Below, one piece after another: positions 22,018 through 32,089 of a DNA stretch of 64,000 nucleotides; position 1 is the stretch's first letter; each line of letters starts with the position of its first letter. The notes beneath the pieces were generated by a model that was given only the letters and a program-made list of their open reading frames with translations, was not told the DNA's origin and did no database searches. This stretch comes from an uncultured beta proteobacterium. GTDB taxonomy: Bacteria; Pseudomonadota; Gammaproteobacteria; Burkholderiales; Thiobacillaceae. The DNA is taken from positions 204,260 through 268,259 of the forward strand of contig CAWAJU010000005.1 of the NCBI GenBank assembly GCA_963782495.1. Reading direction: 5' to 3'. The translations under genes and the position numbers were made by a program.

Positions 22018-22092
22018 AGTACCCGCGGGATTGCGACCTGTAGATCCCGAGCAAAAGTTCTCGAACCGGCATTGGCGACGTAATGAGCGCGG

Positions 22093-22395
22093 CGAGTCGT
22101 GCTGCGGCCGTTGTTTTGGTTGCTTCAAGAGGCCGGGGGTTGCCCGGTGGCTGGCCATTGGCTTCCATTAGCCGCCAGCCTCAAACCGGGGAGACGTCGC
22201 ACCGACAATTCATGCGGCTTGACCTGAACGACCCCAAGAACATGGGGGCAGAAGATGAGCAGGAGTGTTACCCATGTCTCCGTACGAGCGTTACCTATCT
22301 CGCCGGTCTATACAGCGAAGCAAAAGAAAGTAACTTGCCGCCGGGCAACCCCCGGCCTACGAGGCGAAAGGCCGTGAGGCACGACGCGACCGGCT
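22093..22395. repeat. Inverted-repeat-bounded non-coding element (MITE-like or structured)
   Basis: Perfect 17-bp inverted repeat: GGCCGGGGGTTGCCCGG (22131-22147) and CCGGGCAACCCCCGGCC (22341-22357). The outer arms are imperfectly complementary. Internal tandem 16-mers are GTTACCCATGTCTCCG and GTTACCTATCTCGCCG. Confidence 0.45.
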
Positions 22396-22431
22396 CGGGA
22401 ATATCGAGTCTGGCCACATAATGTTGTCCAC

Positions 22432-22896
22432 TTATATAACAGCCTCAGCATAAATGTTTACCGCCTCATCGTCAGCCGAAATGACGATCATGTGGTTACT
22501 AGAGTTCCTCAATAAATGTGCGACGTCCTTCCCAACTATGGCTCCACGAGGGTCGGAATTGGGCATATTGATCGTCATAGATTGATCCGGAAGGCATTTT
22601 GCCGAAATAGTATTTGCGACGGGCCCCAGTTCTCTCGCGCCTAACCTTTCCGACTCAATTCGCAGATAGCCTTCAAACTCTCTCTGTAGCGTATAAGTGT
22701 TGGCAAGATTGACATACTCATGCATCAGAAGTGGTCCGTCGAGTCCCAGCATTGAGATCGTGGCTAGCGCACATGTTCTTGAGGCGAGAACCTCCACTTG
22801 AGACTTGGGCTTCACTTCATTGCCGCAGCCTGAAAGGGCCGGAATCAAGGCCGAAAAGACGCAAGCAACGGCGTAACCACGGGTTGACAGTTGCAT
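22432..22896 (-). CDS. Hypothetical lipoprotein
   Basis: 154 aa with lipobox LSGC after a hydrophobic N-terminus. Markedly lower GC than its surroundings. Confidence 0.6.
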   Translation of the reverse strand: MQLSTRGYAVACVFSALIPALSGCGNEVKPKSQVEVLASRTCALATISMLGLDGPLLMHEYVNLANTYTLQREFEGYLRIESERLGARELGPVANTISAKCLPDQSMTINMPNSDPRGAIVGKDVAHLLRNSSNHMIVISADDEAVNIYAEAVI

Positions 22897-22917
22897 TCGC
22901 AGCCTCTCACCAAGTCC

Positions 22918-23100
22918 TCAGATCAGCACCAGCCGCTCGATGATGTAAAGCATCGCCGCAATCAGCACGAACACAAACAGAAACCGCAGCCCCCGCATCG
23001 CCCAGTCGAGATAACGCCGATCGCGCGTAAACACCCACGCCAACACCAGGCTGCCGACAACGCCCAGAGTTAGTACCAGGAGGAGTCTAAGGACGACCAT
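22918..23100 (-). CDS. Small two-helix membrane protein (hypothetical)
   Basis: 60 aa with two hydrophobic segments. Same strand as lpxC and immediately downstream of it. Confidence 0.4.
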   Translation of the reverse strand: MVVLRLLLVLTLGVVGSLVLAWVFTRDRRYLDWAMRGLRFLFVFVLIAAMLYIIERLVLI

Positions 23101-23180
23101 GACTTGACTGGATTGCCGCGCTACGCTCGGAAAGACCCCTCAGACCAATGCGCGTCAAGGCTTGGCGAAAGTTTCCTGAT

Positions 23181-24095
23181 TCAGGCCAGCAACGCATGCC
23201 AGCGCACCAGCGCCTCGGGGGCATCTTCCACCCGCAGGAAGCTGACTATCTCCCAAGCCTCCTGGTCGGCAAGCAGGGCACGCAGCAGTTGGTTGTTCAG
23301 GGCATGACCGGACTTGTAGGCATGGAAACTACCTATCAGGGGCTTGCCCAGCACGTAGAGATCGCCAATGGCATCAAGCACCTTGTGTTTGACGAACTCG
23401 TCATCGTAGCGCAAGCCATCGTTGTTGAGCACGCGGTATTCGTCCATCACAATGGCATTATCGAGGGAACCACCCAAGGCCAGTCCGCTGTTGCGCAGCA
23501 TTTCGACTTCATGCGAGAAGCCGAAGGTGCGGGCGCGTGCGACTTCCTTGATATATGACGTCTCGGCAAAATCGATCACGACCCGATTGCCGCTTTTCTC
23601 GAATACCGGATGATCAAAGTCTATGCCGAACTCGAGGCGAAAGCCGTTATACGGGCTCAGACTGACGTGCTTGTCGCCGTCCACCACTTCCACATGCTTT
23701 TTCACCCGGATGTACTGCTTCGCCGCGTTCTGCTCTTCCAGCCCTGCAGACTGGAGCAGAAACACGAAGGGTGCGGCGGATCCGTCCATGATGGGAACTT
23801 CGGGTCCGGTCAGGTCGATCACCAGGTTGTCGATGCCCAAGCCCGCCAAGGCGGAGAGCAAGTGTTCGACGGTGGACACTTTGGCGCCGCCACCTTCCAG
23901 CGCCGAACATAATCGGGTATCGGTGACGCGGTGAGGATCGAGCAGAATGTCCACGGGTGGATCGCAATCAATGCGCCGGAACAGGATGCCGGTGTCAGGC
24001 GCAGCCGGGCGCAGGGTCATCTCGACCTTGAGGCCGGAGTGCAGACCAACGCCGGTGGCCTTGATCTGGGACTTGATGGTGCGCTGCTTGATCAT
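23181..24095 (-). CDS. lpxC: UDP-3-O-acyl-N-acetylglucosamine deacetylase
   Basis: 304 aa. Starts [21 protein letters not shown], with a strong LpxC match throughout. Confidence 0.95.
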   Translation of the reverse strand: MIKQRTIKSQIKATGVGLHSGLKVEMTLRPAAPDTGILFRRIDCDPPVDILLDPHRVTDTRLCSALEGGGAKVSTVEHLLSALAGLGIDNLVIDLTGPEVPIMDGSAAPFVFLLQSAGLEEQNAAKQYIRVKKHVEVVDGDKHVSLSPYNGFRLEFGIDFDHPVFEKSGNRVVIDFAETSYIKEVARARTFGFSHEVEMLRNSGLALGGSLDNAIVMDEYRVLNNDGLRYDDEFVKHKVLDAIGDLYVLGKPLIGSFHAYKSGHALNNQLLRALLADQEAWEIVSFLRVEDAPEALVRWHALLA

Positions 24096-24262
24096 GTAGT
24101 GACGCGTGTCATACGTTAATTATAGAATACTAATATTCTAGCCTGTTTAGGGGCGGCGGGCGTCGTTTCAGGACTGCGCCTGGACATTTGTGTTCCCTCG
24201 CGTCGCGCGGACAGCAAGTCCTCCCCCGGAGAGCGGTGGGAGAACCTGCCTCTACCAGAGGC

Positions 24263-25411
24263 TCAGTCAGCCTGTTTTCTGAGGAAGGCCGGAATGTCCA
24301 GCATATCCACCCCGGAGTCGACCATCGCCTGAACCGCGCGTTCGCGCCGCCCACGGATGACATTGGGCATGGCGTCTTCGGTCTGTGCTGCCATCGGTGC
24401 ATCGTAAGTCCCGGTGCGCACGACCTGCATGGGTTTGGCATGCGGCTGGCGTGACACCGGGCTGCCCAGGCCGGTGGCGACCATGGTCACCCGCAGCCGG
24501 TCTTCCATGCCTTCATCGATGACTTGGCCGACGATGACGGTGGCCTCGTCAGCGGTAAAGCCCTGGATGGTGGTCATGACTTCGTTCACCTCGCGCATCT
24601 TGACCGTGCTGGACGCAGTGATATTGACCAGCACGCCGCGCGCGCCGCTCAGGTTGACATCTTCCAGCAACGGGCTGGCAACGGCCTGTTCGGCGGCCAG
24701 GCGGGCGCGCTGATCGCCGTTGGCCTGGGCCGAACCCATCATGGCCATACCCATCTCGCTCATCACCGTGCGCACGTCGGCAAAGTCGACATTGACCAGG
24801 CCCGGGCAATTGATCACTTCGGCGATGCCGGCCACCGCGCCATGCAACACGTTGTTGGCGGCCTTGAAGGCGTCGAGCATGGAGACATCCTCGCCCAGTA
24901 CCAGCATGAGCTTGTCATTTGGGATGATGATGAGGGAATCGACATGCCGGCCAAGCGCTTCGATCCCCGCATTGGCGACGCGCACCCGTTTGCCTTCGAA
25001 GACGAACGGCTTGGTCACGACCGCCACGGTTAGTATGCCCAGTTCCTTGGCCACTTCGGCCACCACCGGAGCTGCCCCGGTACCGGTTCCACCACCCATG
25101 CCGGCAGTGATGAACAGCATGTCGGCGCCATCTATCATCTCGGCGATACGCTCGCGGTCCTCCAGCGCCGCTTCCCGCCCGGCTTCAGGATTGGCCCCCG
25201 CGCCCAGTCCCTTGGTCACCGCGCTGCCTAGTTGAAGCTGGGTCTTGGCCTGGTTGCGTTTGAGCGCCTGGGCATCGGTGTTGATGGCGATGAACTCCAC
25301 GCCCCCGAGTCCCGAGTCGATCATGTGATCCACGGCATTGCCGCCGCAGCCTCCGATGCCGATCACCTTGATGACGGCGTCCTGCGTTTCTGCATCCATC
25401 AATTCAAACAT
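24263..25411 (-). CDS. ftsZ: Cell division GTPase FtsZ
   Basis: Start at MFELMD. Tubulin signature GGGTGTGAAPVVA. Confidence 0.97.
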   Translation of the reverse strand: MFELMDAETQDAVIKVIGIGGCGGNAVDHMIDSGLGGVEFIAINTDAQALKRNQAKTQLQLGSAVTKGLGAGANPEAGREAALEDRERIAEMIDGADMLFITAGMGGGTGTGAAPVVAEVAKELGILTVAVVTKPFVFEGKRVRVANAGIEALGRHVDSLIIIPNDKLMLVLGEDVSMLDAFKAANNVLHGAVAGIAEVINCPGLVNVDFADVRTVMSEMGMAMMGSAQANGDQRARLAAEQAVASPLLEDVNLSGARGVLVNITASSTVKMREVNEVMTTIQGFTADEATVIVGQVIDEGMEDRLRVTMVATGLGSPVSRQPHAKPMQVVRTGTYDAPMAAQTEDAMPNVIRGRRERAVQAMVDSGVDMLDIPAFLRKQAD

Positions 25412-25502
25412 TTTGCTCTCCTTTGTTACAGCCAAACAAACAACACCAAGCTTCTCCCGGTGCGCCACAATGCGCGGCGCCGGTACGGCTTTTCCCCGAA
25501 CG

Positions 25503-26747
25503 TCAGAAGTTGCCTTTGAACCACGACTTCATCCGTTCAATAATGTCTTTCACGCTGCCCGCGCCCAGTTTGGGCGCCGCATCCCTACCCCTTCCCTCCA
25601 GACCGGCCATCAGCAGCCCGATCGCAGTGGCATAACGCGGGTTGTGCATGACTTCCGCCAAGCCTCCCTGGTAGCGCGGATAGCCCAGCCGGACCGGCAT
25701 GTGGAACACCTCTTCGCCCAGCTCGACCATGCCCTGCATGCCCGCCGTGCCGCCGGTGACGACGATGCCCGAGGACAACAGTTCTTCGAATCCGGAGCGG
25801 CGCAGTTCCGACTGGACTAGCGAATACAGCTCTTCCATGCGCGGTTCGATGAATTCGGCCAGTGTCTGGCGCGACAGGGTGCGGGGCGGCCGGTCGCCGA
25901 TACCCGGCACCTCGATCATTTCGCGCGCGTCGGCAAGCTGGCGCAGCGCGCAGCCGTGCCGCAGTTTCAGGTCTTCCGCGTCCTTGGGCGGAGTGCGCAG
26001 GGCCACGGCAATATCGTTGTTGACCTGGTCGCCCGCCACCGCAATCACCGCGGTATGGCGGATGGCGCCGCCGGTAAAGACGGCGATGTCGGTGGTGCCG
26101 CCGCCGATGTCGACCAGGCATACACCCAGTTCCTTCTCGTCCTCGGTCAGCACCGCCATGGCGGAGGCCAGCGGCTGCAACACCAGGTCGGCCACCTCCA
26201 GACCGCAACGCCGCACGCACTTGATGATGTTCTGCGCCGCAGACACCGCGCCGGTGACGATGTGGACCTTGACCTCCAGTCGGATCGCGCTCATGCCGAG
26301 CGGATCGCGCACGTCTTCCTGGCCGTCGACCACGAATTCCTGCGGGATGGTGTGGAGAATCTGCTGGTCCATCGGGATGTTCACCGCCCGCGCGGTTTCC
26401 ACCACCCGGTCCACGTCGAGCTGGCCGATTTCCTTGTCCTTGATTGCCACCATGCCGTGCGAGTTGAAGCTCCTGATGTGGCTGCCGGCGATCCCGGTAT
26501 AGACCTCGCGGATCTTGCAGTCGGCCATCAGTTCGGCTTCCTCCAGTGCGCGCTGGATTGCGTTGACGGTGGATTCGATATTCACCACCACGCCGCGGCG
26601 CAGCCCCCGGGATGGGTGGGAACCCATGCCGATGACTTCCAGACGGCCTTCTTCGCTGACCTCGGCCACGATGCATACGATCTTGGAAGTACCGATGTCG
26701 AGGCCGACAATCAGATTCTTCGGGTCCTTGGGTCTATTGCTAGCCAT
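25503..26747 (-). CDS. ftsA: Cell division protein FtsA
   Basis: 414 aa, actin-like ATPase with LDIGTSKI and DIGGGTTD motifs. Confidence 0.95.
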   Translation of the reverse strand: MASNRPKDPKNLIVGLDIGTSKIVCIVAEVSEEGRLEVIGMGSHPSRGLRRGVVVNIESTVNAIQRALEEAELMADCKIREVYTGIAGSHIRSFNSHGMVAIKDKEIGQLDVDRVVETARAVNIPMDQQILHTIPQEFVVDGQEDVRDPLGMSAIRLEVKVHIVTGAVSAAQNIIKCVRRCGLEVADLVLQPLASAMAVLTEDEKELGVCLVDIGGGTTDIAVFTGGAIRHTAVIAVAGDQVNNDIAVALRTPPKDAEDLKLRHGCALRQLADAREMIEVPGIGDRPPRTLSRQTLAEFIEPRMEELYSLVQSELRRSGFEELLSSGIVVTGGTAGMQGMVELGEEVFHMPVRLGYPRYQGGLAEVMHNPRYATAIGLLMAGLEGRGRDAAPKLGAGSVKDIIERMKSWFKGNF

Positions 26748-27489
26748 TCAGCTTCTTTCCATGCGGATGGTCGGGTTGTGGCGGACTGGCAGCCAGTTGC
26801 ACCGCAAAGCCATCCGGATAACGCAAATCGACATAACGCAGCTGGCCTCCCAACCGGGCTTCCAGGCCCGGGTACTGAGCGGCAAAGCGACTCAGTCGGG
26901 CATCCGCCTCCTGCCGGCCCAGGGCCACTACCAAACCGTTCGCCAGCCTGAGCCGCCAGGCGAGGCGCGGCGACAGGTCGATCGACACCAGCGTGCTGCG
27001 CAGTGGCGCAAGCGTTCTTTCATAGCGTTGGTAGGCCGCCATCACGTCCTGGCTGCTGCCGTCGGGGCCGTCAAACTGTGGCAGGCTGCCAGGCCAGCGT
27101 GCTTCGAATACTTCGCCCTGCGGATTGATCAGAGCGTCCTTGCCCCAGCGTCCGAACGGCACGTTCTCGGTCAGATGCACAACCAGCGCGCTGGGCCACA
27201 CGCGCGCGACCTTGGCTTCGCGCACCCAGGGCAGTCTTTCAAACCCCTCACGGGCCGCTTCCATGTCCACGGAAAAGAAATTGCCGCGCAACACGCGCTG
27301 GGCCACCAGCCTCACATCGGACTGAGTGACGTGATGGAGATCGCCCGTCACCTGTACGGTGCGCAGGCCGAACGCCGACAGCGACAAGCCCCAGGCCAAT
27401 GCCGCATACGACAACAGGCCGCCGGCCAGCCAGTACAGCGCGGTGCCGAGCTTGTGCAGGGTTTGCGCGGTGCCGTTGTCAGCCGCCAT
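26740..27489 (-). CDS. ftsQ: Cell division protein FtsQ
   Basis: 249 aa with one N-terminal TM helix and a POTRA-like region. Sits between ddl and ftsA. Confidence 0.88.
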   Translation of the reverse strand: MAADNGTAQTLHKLGTALYWLAGGLLSYAALAWGLSLSAFGLRTVQVTGDLHHVTQSDVRLVAQRVLRGNFFSVDMEAAREGFERLPWVREAKVARVWPSALVVHLTENVPFGRWGKDALINPQGEVFEARWPGSLPQFDGPDGSSQDVMAAYQRYERTLAPLRSTLVSIDLSPRLAWRLRLANGLVVALGRQEADARLSRFAAQYPGLEARLGGQLRYVDLRYPDGFAVQLAASPPQPDHPHGKKLNG

Positions 27490-28414
27490 TCAGGGTCTGC
27501 TCCAGGATCTTCACGCACAGATCTGCAAATGAAATGCCGGCCGCCCGGGCTGACATCGGCACCAGGCTATGGCTGGTCATGCCGGGCACGGTATTCACTT
27601 CCAGAAAATAGGGTTTGCCACTGCGGTCCAGCATCAAGTCAAGCCTCGCCCAACCCTTGCACCCCAGGACTCTGAACGCGCGCTGAACCAGGGGGTGCAG
27701 TTGTAGTTCGGCGTCCGGCGCCAATCCGGGGCAGTGATAACGCGTGTCATCGCGGAAATACTTGGCTTGGTAGTCGTAGAATTCCGTTGCAGGTTCGATG
27801 CGTATGGATGGCAAGACCTGGTCTCCCAATACCGGAAACTGCACCTCCATTCCGTCGATGAAACATTCGGCCAGCACGATCGGGTCGTATTTCACCGCCT
27901 CGGCGTAGGCAGCTGGCAGTTCCTCAACCCGTTTCACCTTGCTGATCCCGATGCTCGAACCCTCGTTCGCGGGTTTCACGAACAGTGGCAGGCCAAGATC
28001 GGCTGCGATCGCCGCGAGGTCGCTGCGCTCGTCGAGCAGCACGTGGCGCGCAACAGGAATACCCACTGCCTCCCATAGCAGCTTGGTGCGCCATTTGTCC
28101 ATGCCGACCGCCGACGCCATCACACCACTGCCGGTGTAGGGAATGCCCATCATCTCAAGCGCGCCCTGGATGCTCCCATCCTCTCCATGGCGCCCGTGCA
28201 GTGCGATGAACACGCGTTCGAAATTCTCAGCTTCCAAAGCGTGCAGACTGCGTTCACCCGTGTCGAACGCGTACGCATCGACCCCTGCTTCACGCAGCGC
28301 CTGCAACACAGCGTTGCCGCTCATCAGCGAGACTTCCCGCTCGGCGGATGTGCCACCCAGGAGGACGCCGACCTTGCCGAACTGTTTCACCCCGCACCCC
28401 TCACTTTCGTTCAC
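27479..28414 (-). CDS. ddl: D-alanine--D-alanine ligase
   Basis: [23 protein letters not shown]-terminus and ATP-grasp motifs. The exact start is uncertain: ATG 28414 or a few codons downstream. Confidence 0.92.
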   Translation of the reverse strand: MNESEGCGVKQFGKVGVLLGGTSAEREVSLMSGNAVLQALREAGVDAYAFDTGERSLHALEAENFERVFIALHGRHGEDGSIQGALEMMGIPYTGSGVMASAVGMDKWRTKLLWEAVGIPVARHVLLDERSDLAAIAADLGLPLFVKPANEGSSIGISKVKRVEELPAAYAEAVKYDPIVLAECFIDGMEVQFPVLGDQVLPSIRIEPATEFYDYQAKYFRDDTRYHCPGLAPDAELQLHPLVQRAFRVLGCKGWARLDLMLDRSGKPYFLEVNTVPGMTSHSLVPMSARAAGISFADLCVKILEQTLNGG

Positions 28415-29381
28415 CTATAATCCGAACTTCGCGGATCAGGCGTACGTTGGTCATCTCTTCCACTTTCTCTTCCACGCGCTCAATCAAGCCCTCGATGTCC
28501 GCCGCGGTCGCGCCACCCAGATTCACGATGAAGTTGGCGTGGGTTTCCGAGACCTGGGCCTGCCTCACGCGCATGCCCTTGAGACCGCAGGCCTGAATCA
28601 GCCTTGCCGCGTAGTCCCCAGGCGGATTGCGAAATACGGAACCGGCATTCGGCAGTTGCAGCGGCTGGGTAGCGATGCGCTGGGTGAGCAGCGCCTTGAT
28701 CTTCTCCCGCGACGCGGCTCCGTCCCCCTTGGGAAAGCGGAACCAGCCGCCGATGAACCATTCTTCTGCCGGCTCTTTCAGCGCGGCATGGCGATATCCC
28801 AGCATGTACTCGTCGGGCCGGCGTTCGTTCAGATGTCCCCGGCGATTCAGGGTCAGCGCCTGAATGACGTGGTTCCAGGTTTCCGAACCGTAGCAGCCGG
28901 CATTCATGGCCAGCGCGCCGCCCACGGTGCCGGGAATGCCGGCGAGAAACTCTGCTCCGGTCAGATTGTGATTGGCGGCAAAGCGGGCCAGCTTGGGCGA
29001 AGCCACGCCCGCCTCCGCATAAATCACGGCGGAGTTCTCCATTCCCGGCGCAGGTGGCGGCAAGCCTGTGCTGCGGGCTTCCATGGCGATGTGATTGAGC
29101 ACCCCGTGAAGCAGGATGACCACGCCCTTGAGCCCGCCGTCCCGTACCAGCAGATTGCTGCCCAGACCCACCACGTGGACCGCCTCGCTTGTGTCGAGCC
29201 CCTGCAGCAGCAGGCACAAATCGTCCAGGTCGGCCGGCACGTAAACCCGTTGCACCCGGCCGCCCGCGCGCCACGACACGTGTTGCGCCATCGATTCGTT
29301 ATGCAGGAAGCGGCCGCGCAGTACCTTGCCCGCGCCACCCCTGCCCGGGTCCTCGGGAAAGCGGAAGCGCGCCAGGGTCAT
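28401..29381 (-). CDS. murB: UDP-N-acetylenolpyruvoylglucosamine reductase
   Basis: 326 aa with FAD-binding and MurB C-terminal domain-like sequence. Its ATG overlaps the TGA of the upstream mini-cistron (ATGA). Confidence 0.93.
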   Translation of the reverse strand: MTLARFRFPEDPGRGGAGKVLRGRFLHNESMAQHVSWRAGGRVQRVYVPADLDDLCLLLQGLDTSEAVHVVGLGSNLLVRDGGLKGVVILLHGVLNHIAMEARSTGLPPPAPGMENSAVIYAEAGVASPKLARFAANHNLTGAEFLAGIPGTVGGALAMNAGCYGSETWNHVIQALTLNRRGHLNERRPDEYMLGYRHAALKEPAEEWFIGGWFRFPKGDGAASREKIKALLTQRIATQPLQLPNAGSVFRNPPGDYAARLIQACGLKGMRVRQAQVSETHANFIVNLGGATAADIEGLIERVEEKVEEMTNVRLIREVRIIGERK

Positions 29382-29491
29382 CTCGTCGCCTCCGCATTTT
29401 CTGTCGTCAATTGAAGCCCCATCGTGTCGGCTGCAGGCGCCATTCGCGGGCGTGCGGATCCCCGCATGCGGGGCCCCTCCTTACTGCTCAT
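29378..29491 (-). CDS. 37-codon mini-cistron, unit B ([37 protein letters not shown])
   Basis: Its ATG overlaps the stop of unit A (ATGA) and its TGA overlaps the murB ATG (ATGA). GGAGG lies 7 nt before the murB ATG. Translation is inferred from geometry only. Confidence 0.4.
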   Translation of the reverse strand: MSSKEGPRMRGSARPRMAPAADTMGLQLTTENAEATR

Positions 29492-29496
29492 GTCGC
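29426..29496 (-). repeat. Conserved 71-nt repeat core (copy 1, murC-murB junction)
   Basis: gtcggctgcaggcgccattcgcgggcgtgcggatccccgcatgcggggcccctccttactgctcatgtcgc. Contains the palindrome CCCCGCATGCGGGG. Confidence 0.9.
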
Positions 29497-29601
29497 ACCC
29501 TCCCCAAGAGAAGTGGGCAACTCAGTCAGCCTCGCGTCGGCTGCAGGCGCCATTCGCGGCCGTGCGGATCCCCGCATGCGGGGCCCCTCCTTACTGCTCA
29601 T
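29488..29601 (-). CDS. 37-codon mini-cistron, unit A ([37 protein letters not shown])
   Basis: Its ATG overlaps the murC TGA (ATGA) and its TGA overlaps the ATG of unit B. It is the tail of track ORF 29488..29868. Confidence 0.4.
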   Translation of the reverse strand: MSSKEGPRMRGSARPRMAPAADARLTELPTSLGEGAT

Positions 29602-29606
29602 GTCGC
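29536..29606 (-). repeat. Conserved 71-nt repeat core (copy 2, murC-murB junction)
   Basis: 70/71 identical to copy 1, 110 nt away. Its end contains the murC stop codon. Confidence 0.9.
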
Positions 29607-30986
29607 CGCCACCTTTGGCGCAACCTGGCCGATGGAACCCGCGCCCATCACCAGGACCACGTCGCGATCGCGCGCCTGTTCCCTGATGAGCTGGGGCAGG
29701 TCGGCCACGTTCTCCGCAAAAACAGGCTCGACCTTGCCTGCCACTCGAAGCGCACGCGCCAGGGCCCGCCCATCGGCTGCCACAATGGGCGCCTCGCCGG
29801 CGGCGTAGACCTCCGTCATCATCACGGCATCGGCCTCCGACAGCACTTTGACGAAATCCTCGAAACAATCCCGGGTGCGGGTATATCGATGCGGTTGAAA
29901 CACCAGGACCAGGCGCCGACCGGGAAACGCGCCACGCGCTGCGGCAAGGGTGGCGGCCATTTCCACGGGATGGTGGCCATAATCGTCCACCAATGTGAAA
30001 CTGCCGCCGTCCTTTGCGGTGATCTCTCCGTAACGCTGGAAGCGCCGACCGACGCCGGTGAACTCGCTCAGCGCCTTGAGGATTGCGGCGTCATCGGCGC
30101 CGGTCTCGTTGGCCACGGCTATGGCCGCCAGCGCATTCAGCACGTTGTGGCGGCCGGGAAGATTCAATACGACAGGCAGACGTGTTTCGCTGCCATTGCG
30201 GCGTATTGCGGTGAAGTGCATCTGGCCGTCAACCGCCCGCACATCGATTGCCTGCAGGTCGGTGTCCGCGGCAAAGCCATAGCTGGTGACGGGTTTGGAA
30301 ATCTGCGGCAGGATTTCGCGTACGTGCGGATCATCAATGCACAGAACGGCACGGCCATAGAAAGGCAAGCGCTGGAGAAAATCGACAAACGCCTGTTTGA
30401 GCCGGTTGAAGTCATGACCATAGGTTTCCATGTGGTCGGCATCGATGTTGGTGACCACGGACATCACCGGCGATAGCAGCAAGAAAGAGGCATCGGATTC
30501 GTCAGCCTCCACCACAATAAAGTCGCCCTTTCCCAAGCGCGCATTGGCGCCGGCCGCGTTGAGCCGGCCGCCGATAACGAAGGTGGGATCCATGCCGGCT
30601 TCGGACAGGCAGGACGCCACCAGGCTGGTGGTAGTCGTCTTGCCGTGGGTGCCGGCGATGGCGATGCCTTGGCGCAGGCGCATCAATTCGGCCAGCATCA
30701 TGGCACGCGGCACCACCGGAATATGGCGGTCGCGCGCGGCCAGCACTTCGGGGTTGTCCTGTGTCACTGCGGTTGAAGTCACCACCGCATCCGCCATGCC
30801 TATATTGTCGGCGGCATGGCCGGTCACCATCCTGGCGCCCATCGCACTCAGCCGCCGGGTTGCGGCATTTTCGGCCAGGTCGGAACCGGAAACCGTGTAG
30901 CCCAGATTCACCAGCACCTCGGCGATGCCGCTCATGCCGGCACCACCGGCGCCGACGAAATGGATGTGTCGGACTGCGTGCTTCAT
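29598..30986 (-). CDS. murC: UDP-N-acetylmuramate--L-alanine ligase
   Basis: Start at [25 protein letters not shown]. Mur ligase motifs. Confidence 0.95.
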   Translation of the reverse strand: MKHAVRHIHFVGAGGAGMSGIAEVLVNLGYTVSGSDLAENAATRRLSAMGARMVTGHAADNIGMADAVVTSTAVTQDNPEVLAARDRHIPVVPRAMMLAELMRLRQGIAIAGTHGKTTTTSLVASCLSEAGMDPTFVIGGRLNAAGANARLGKGDFIVVEADESDASFLLLSPVMSVVTNIDADHMETYGHDFNRLKQAFVDFLQRLPFYGRAVLCIDDPHVREILPQISKPVTSYGFAADTDLQAIDVRAVDGQMHFTAIRRNGSETRLPVVLNLPGRHNVLNALAAIAVANETGADDAAILKALSEFTGVGRRFQRYGEITAKDGGSFTLVDDYGHHPVEMAATLAAARGAFPGRRLVLVFQPHRYTRTRDCFEDFVKVLSEADAVMMTEVYAAGEAPIVAADGRALARALRVAGKVEPVFAENVADLPQLIREQARDRDVVLVMGAGSIGQVAPKVAAT

Positions 30987-32089
30987 CGTGCCAACTCTTC
31001 GCACACATCACCCACTGCGCGGGTTGCGTCCGGTTTCGCCAAAACCTGGGCACGATGCGACATGGCGACCAGGGTTTCGCGATCCAGGCTCTTTAAAAGG
31101 TCGGCGAGCTTTTCCGGGCTCAGATCCTTCTGCTGCATCAACCACCCGGCATTCGCTTCGCTCAGGAAGCGCGCATTGGTGGTCTGATGGTCATCCACGG
31201 CAAACGGGAAGGGCACCAGCACCGCCGGCACGCCGGCGCAGGCCAGTTCCGCGACCGTCATGGCACCGGCCCGACACACTGCAAGATCGCACCATTCATA
31301 CAGCGTGGCCATGTCCTCGATGTAATCGCGGATGTCTGCATCCACTCCCGCCGCCGCGTAATTGGCTTCCAGTACCTGCCGATGCTGGCGGCCGGATTGA
31401 TGCACCACCTGAGGACGCCGGGCGGCCGGGATCAGCGCCAGGGCTTCCGGCAGCAAGGTATTGAGCGCCGAGGCGCCGAGGCTGCCGCCCACCACCAGCA
31501 GGCGCAGGGAACCATCACGCCCACTGTAGCGATGTTCTTCATTCGCCAGGCAGGCAATTTCGGCGCGCACCGGATTGCCCACCCACAGGGTGTCCACCTT
31601 GCGGCACGGCAAGGGCTTGTCCTTGTCGCCCTGGAACGCTGATGGAAACGCCCCCAGCACCCGGTCGGCCAAACAGGCCAGGATGCGGTTGGTCAGGCCG
31701 GCAATCGAATTCTGTTCGTGTACCACCAGCGGTTTTCCCAGCAGCGATGCCATCATCCCGCCGGGGAACGCGGTGTACCCGCCCATGCCCAGCACCACGT
31801 CAGGCCGCCGCGCCAGGATCGCCTTGAGGCTTTGGTAGAAGGCCCGCAGCAGCATGAGCGGAGCCAGGAACAGGCGAACCGCGCCATTGCCACGCAGGCC
31901 GCTCATCGATAGCCAAATCATCTCGAAGCCCGCTTCCGGCACCACACGCGCTTCCAGTCCGCTTCGGGTGCCCAGCCAGCAAACCTGCCAGCCCCGCGTG
32001 CGCATTTCATGCGCCACGGCCAGTGCAGGATAGACGTGGCCGCCGGTGCCGCCGGCCATGACCATGAGGGTCCGGTTGGCTGCATGCAT
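30983..32089 (-). CDS. murG: Undecaprenyldiphospho-muramoylpentapeptide beta-N-acetylglucosaminyltransferase
   Basis: ORF 30983..32497 trimmed to [26 protein letters not shown] (368 aa). Confidence 0.95.
   Translation of the reverse strand: MHAANRTLMVMAGGTGGHVYPALAVAHEMRTRGWQVCWLGTRSGLEARVVPEAGFEMIWLSMSGLRGNGAVRLFLAPLMLLRAFYQSLKAILARRPDVVLGMGGYTAFPGGMMASLLGKPLVVHEQNSIAGLTNRILACLADRVLGAFPSAFQGDKDKPLPCRKVDTLWVGNPVRAEIACLANEEHRYSGRDGSLRLLVVGGSLGASALNTLLPEALALIPAARRPQVVHQSGRQHRQVLEANYAAAGVDADIRDYIEDMATLYEWCDLAVCRAGAMTVAELACAGVPAVLVPFPFAVDDHQTTNARFLSEANAGWLMQQKDLSPEKLADLLKSLDRETLVAMSHRAQVLAKPDATRAVGDVCEELAR

Noticed and set aside
22083-22421. 112-aa ORF spanning the inverted-repeat element
   Set aside because: It has no start context and an odd composition, and it is exactly co-extensive with a palindromic non-coding element.
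25585-26676. 363-aa same-strand alternative-frame ORF inside ftsA
   Set aside because: It is extremely Arg/Gly/Pro-rich and overlaps the bona fide ftsA frame. It is a frame artefact of high GC.
29426-29606. Repeat-spacer-repeat layout (71-nt repeats, 39-nt spacer) that superficially resembles a CRISPR array. The same pattern occurs at 37147-37316.
   Set aside because: - Only two repeats per locus.
- The repeats are far longer than CRISPR repeats.
- The units are exact 37-codon ORFs locked to the flanking stop and start codons.
- No cas genes are present.
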